From an uncultured Methanosarcinales archaeon (GTDB lineage: Archaea; Nanobdellota; Nanobdellia; Woesearchaeales; JABMPP01): 20,125 nucleotides of DNA. The stretch lies in NCBI GenBank assembly GCA_964604995.1, contig CAZSAD010000003.1, forward strand, positions 62,001 through 82,125. Direction: 5' to 3'. A program made the position numbers and the translations under genes. Below the pieces are notes generated by a model that saw nothing but the letters and a program-made list of their open reading frames with translations, did no database searches and was not told where the DNA came from. This document shows, piece after piece, positions 18,583 to 20,125 of this stretch (position 1 is its first letter; the number at the start of each line of letters is the position of its first letter).

Positions 18583-18667
18583 GGGAGACTAACAAAGTTA
18601 TGTCTCCCTAGCTTCCGTGCGAGCTGAGGTCAGCTCGTGGTAATCCACTCCCCGCTATATTTAATTT
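18583..18667 (+). repeat. tRNA-linked structured element, unit C, plus duplicate tRNA-iMet 3' end
   Basis: GGGAGAC-TAACAAAGTTAT-GTCTCCC hairpin (18583-18608), TTCCGTGC, GCGAGCTG-AGGT-CAGCTCGT hairpin (18619-18638), then 26 nt (18642-18667) identical to 18360-18385. Confidence 0.88.
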
Positions 18668-18728
18668 TTGTATATAATTTCTAAAAAAATTAAAAATAAG
18701 AATTTTACTAAAAAACAAGAAAATAAAA

Positions 18729-20036
18729 TTAATGTGAAATTAATGTTTTAATGTCTTTTTGTTGATACATTTGGTTTGTTTTTGAACCTATTCCTAACAT
18801 GCAGAATTCTTTTTGTAATTTTTCTTCAATAAAATTAATATATTTTTTTGCATTATCGTTTAATTCACCCTTGTTATTAACTGTTTTTCTCCAAGGTTTA
18901 AAATTTTGATAAACGGGCTCTGCTCTTCTTAATTTGTCTCTTGAATCAAACTCCATATCCCAGTGATCATAAACTTTGCCGTCAATTTTGTATGCAACTG
19001 CAATTCTTAAAGGAAGATCCATCTTGCCTAAATCTTCTAACCTGTCTAAACAATTACCAACTATCTCGTCTACTCTTGTTGTTTGAACAGCATATTCTGC
19101 TTTTACTGTATCAAACCAACCTATATGTCTTGGTTTTTTAGTTGTTGTTCCAAACTCTGCCCATTTTATTCTTATTTTGTTTTGATCTTCTTCTGACAAA
19201 TCTTTCATCTCAGCAATAAATGGTCTGTTTTGTATTCCAACACTGCTTTGATACAATTTGAAAACGCCTATTAATAAATCAGGTCTGTAAGGAGGATTAA
19301 TTGTACTTGAAGAGGTTATTCCTGGATACTGTCCGCTATCTATATCAAGCATAGCTCCTTGAGCACCTTCTGAAAGCCAAAATTTAAATCTTTTATCAGA
19401 GATTACGCTTTCTTCTAAAACAATATGGTCTTTTAAATATCTAACACTACTATGAATCAAATTTAATGCATCGCTAAATTGTTTTTCACTAAATGTTTTG
19501 TTTTGCAAATTAATTTTCAAATTAGTTCTCAGTGCTTCTTCAAGAGTATCTTTATCTAATGCTTCAACTATTCTAATTCCCACTCTTCCTGCTTTTGCAA
19601 CTGCACATTGTTTTATTCCATTTCCTGTTGAGCTATGCTCTTTTAAATTAAAAGAACCAAAATCTTCGTCTAAATAATGAGGTAATATTAAATGCGCCTT
19701 AGAAGAAATTTTTAAATTTTCTGGGCCAACATAAACACCAGCTTTTAGAAGATCAGTTATTTCTGCTATATATTTTATCGGATTAAGATAAACACCTGAA
19801 CCTGAAAGACAAACTGCTTTTGGATTTATAATTCCACTTGGGATTTGGTGAAGTGCTATTTTTTTATTATTGTATTCAACAGTATGTCCTGCATTTGGAC
19901 CACCTTGGTATCTCCTGACAAGCACATTTTCTCCTTCTGCCAATAATGATTCTAATATCAAAGAAATAAAATGTACATCTTTACCTTTTCCTTCGTCACC
20001 GTCTCCTAAACCAATAATTCCAGTATGCTGTATCAT
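18729..20036 (-). CDS. purA: Adenylosuccinate synthetase
   Basis: GDEGKGK, RYQGGPNAGHT, LHQIPSG, EGAQG, EFGTTTKKPRHIGWFD; 435 aa. Confidence 0.92.
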   Translation of the reverse strand: MIQHTGIIGLGDGDEGKGKDVHFISLILESLLAEGENVLVRRYQGGPNAGHTVEYNNKKIALHQIPSGIINPKAVCLSGSGVYLNPIKYIAEITDLLKAGVYVGPENLKISSKAHLILPHYLDEDFGSFNLKEHSSTGNGIKQCAVAKAGRVGIRIVEALDKDTLEEALRTNLKINLQNKTFSEKQFSDALNLIHSSVRYLKDHIVLEESVISDKRFKFWLSEGAQGAMLDIDSGQYPGITSSSTINPPYRPDLLIGVFKLYQSSVGIQNRPFIAEMKDLSEEDQNKIRIKWAEFGTTTKKPRHIGWFDTVKAEYAVQTTRVDEIVGNCLDRLEDLGKMDLPLRIAVAYKIDGKVYDHWDMEFDSRDKLRRAEPVYQNFKPWRKTVNNKGELNDNAKKYINFIEEKLQKEFCMLGIGSKTNQMYQQKDIKTLISH

Positions 20037-20125
20037 TAAAATACCCCAAGAGAAAACTTTATTTAGATTATTTATAAACTTTTGGATTTTATACTATTTT
20101 AAAGTAGTTATTAATTTATTAATTA

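Noticed and set aside
18482..18657. Split or permuted tRNA halves
   Set aside because: The duplicates cover only the last 16 or so nt, the intact gene is adjacent, and I found no BHB junction or complementary leader.
18360..18667. CRISPR array
   Set aside because: Only three 16-nt repeats, identical to the tRNA 3' end, with unequal inserts over 100 bp and no cas genes in the window.
18729..20036. PurZ (diaminopurine pathway)
   Set aside because: The catalytic Asp of GDEGKG is retained (PurZ has Ser there) and there is no phage context.

Overview
AT-rich archaeal genome segment, most consistent with a DPANN (Woesearchaeota-like) organism. That assignment is inferred from a class III signal peptide protein, a TrmB regulator, an MNT-HEPN pair, CCA-less tRNA genes and a BHB-type tRNA intron. 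Recognisable genes: smc, rnhB, purA, a DHH/DHHA1 phosphoesterase split by a 10-N gap, a PIG-L deacetylase next to a GT4 glycosyltransferase, a GNAT, a pilin-like vWA protein, and a TrmB regulator divergent from a CysK-fold protein that lacks the PLP lysine. There is also a frameshifted LAGLIDADG-like gene. Two tRNA genes are present: tRNA-Gly(TCC) and an initiator tRNA-Met(CAT) with a 38-nt intron at D-loop position 15/16. The most striking feature is non-coding. Both tRNA genes, 11 kb apart, are followed by short units made of an AT-rich spacer, a conserved bulged GAGAC/RTCTC hairpin with a C-RAA-G tip, GTGC, a second hairpin and a duplicate of the local tRNA 3' end. There is one unit at Gly and two in tandem at iMet. 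The Gly unit and the second iMet unit match at 38/54 positions with four compensatory base-pair changes, which suggests a family of miniature tRNA-targeting structured elements.
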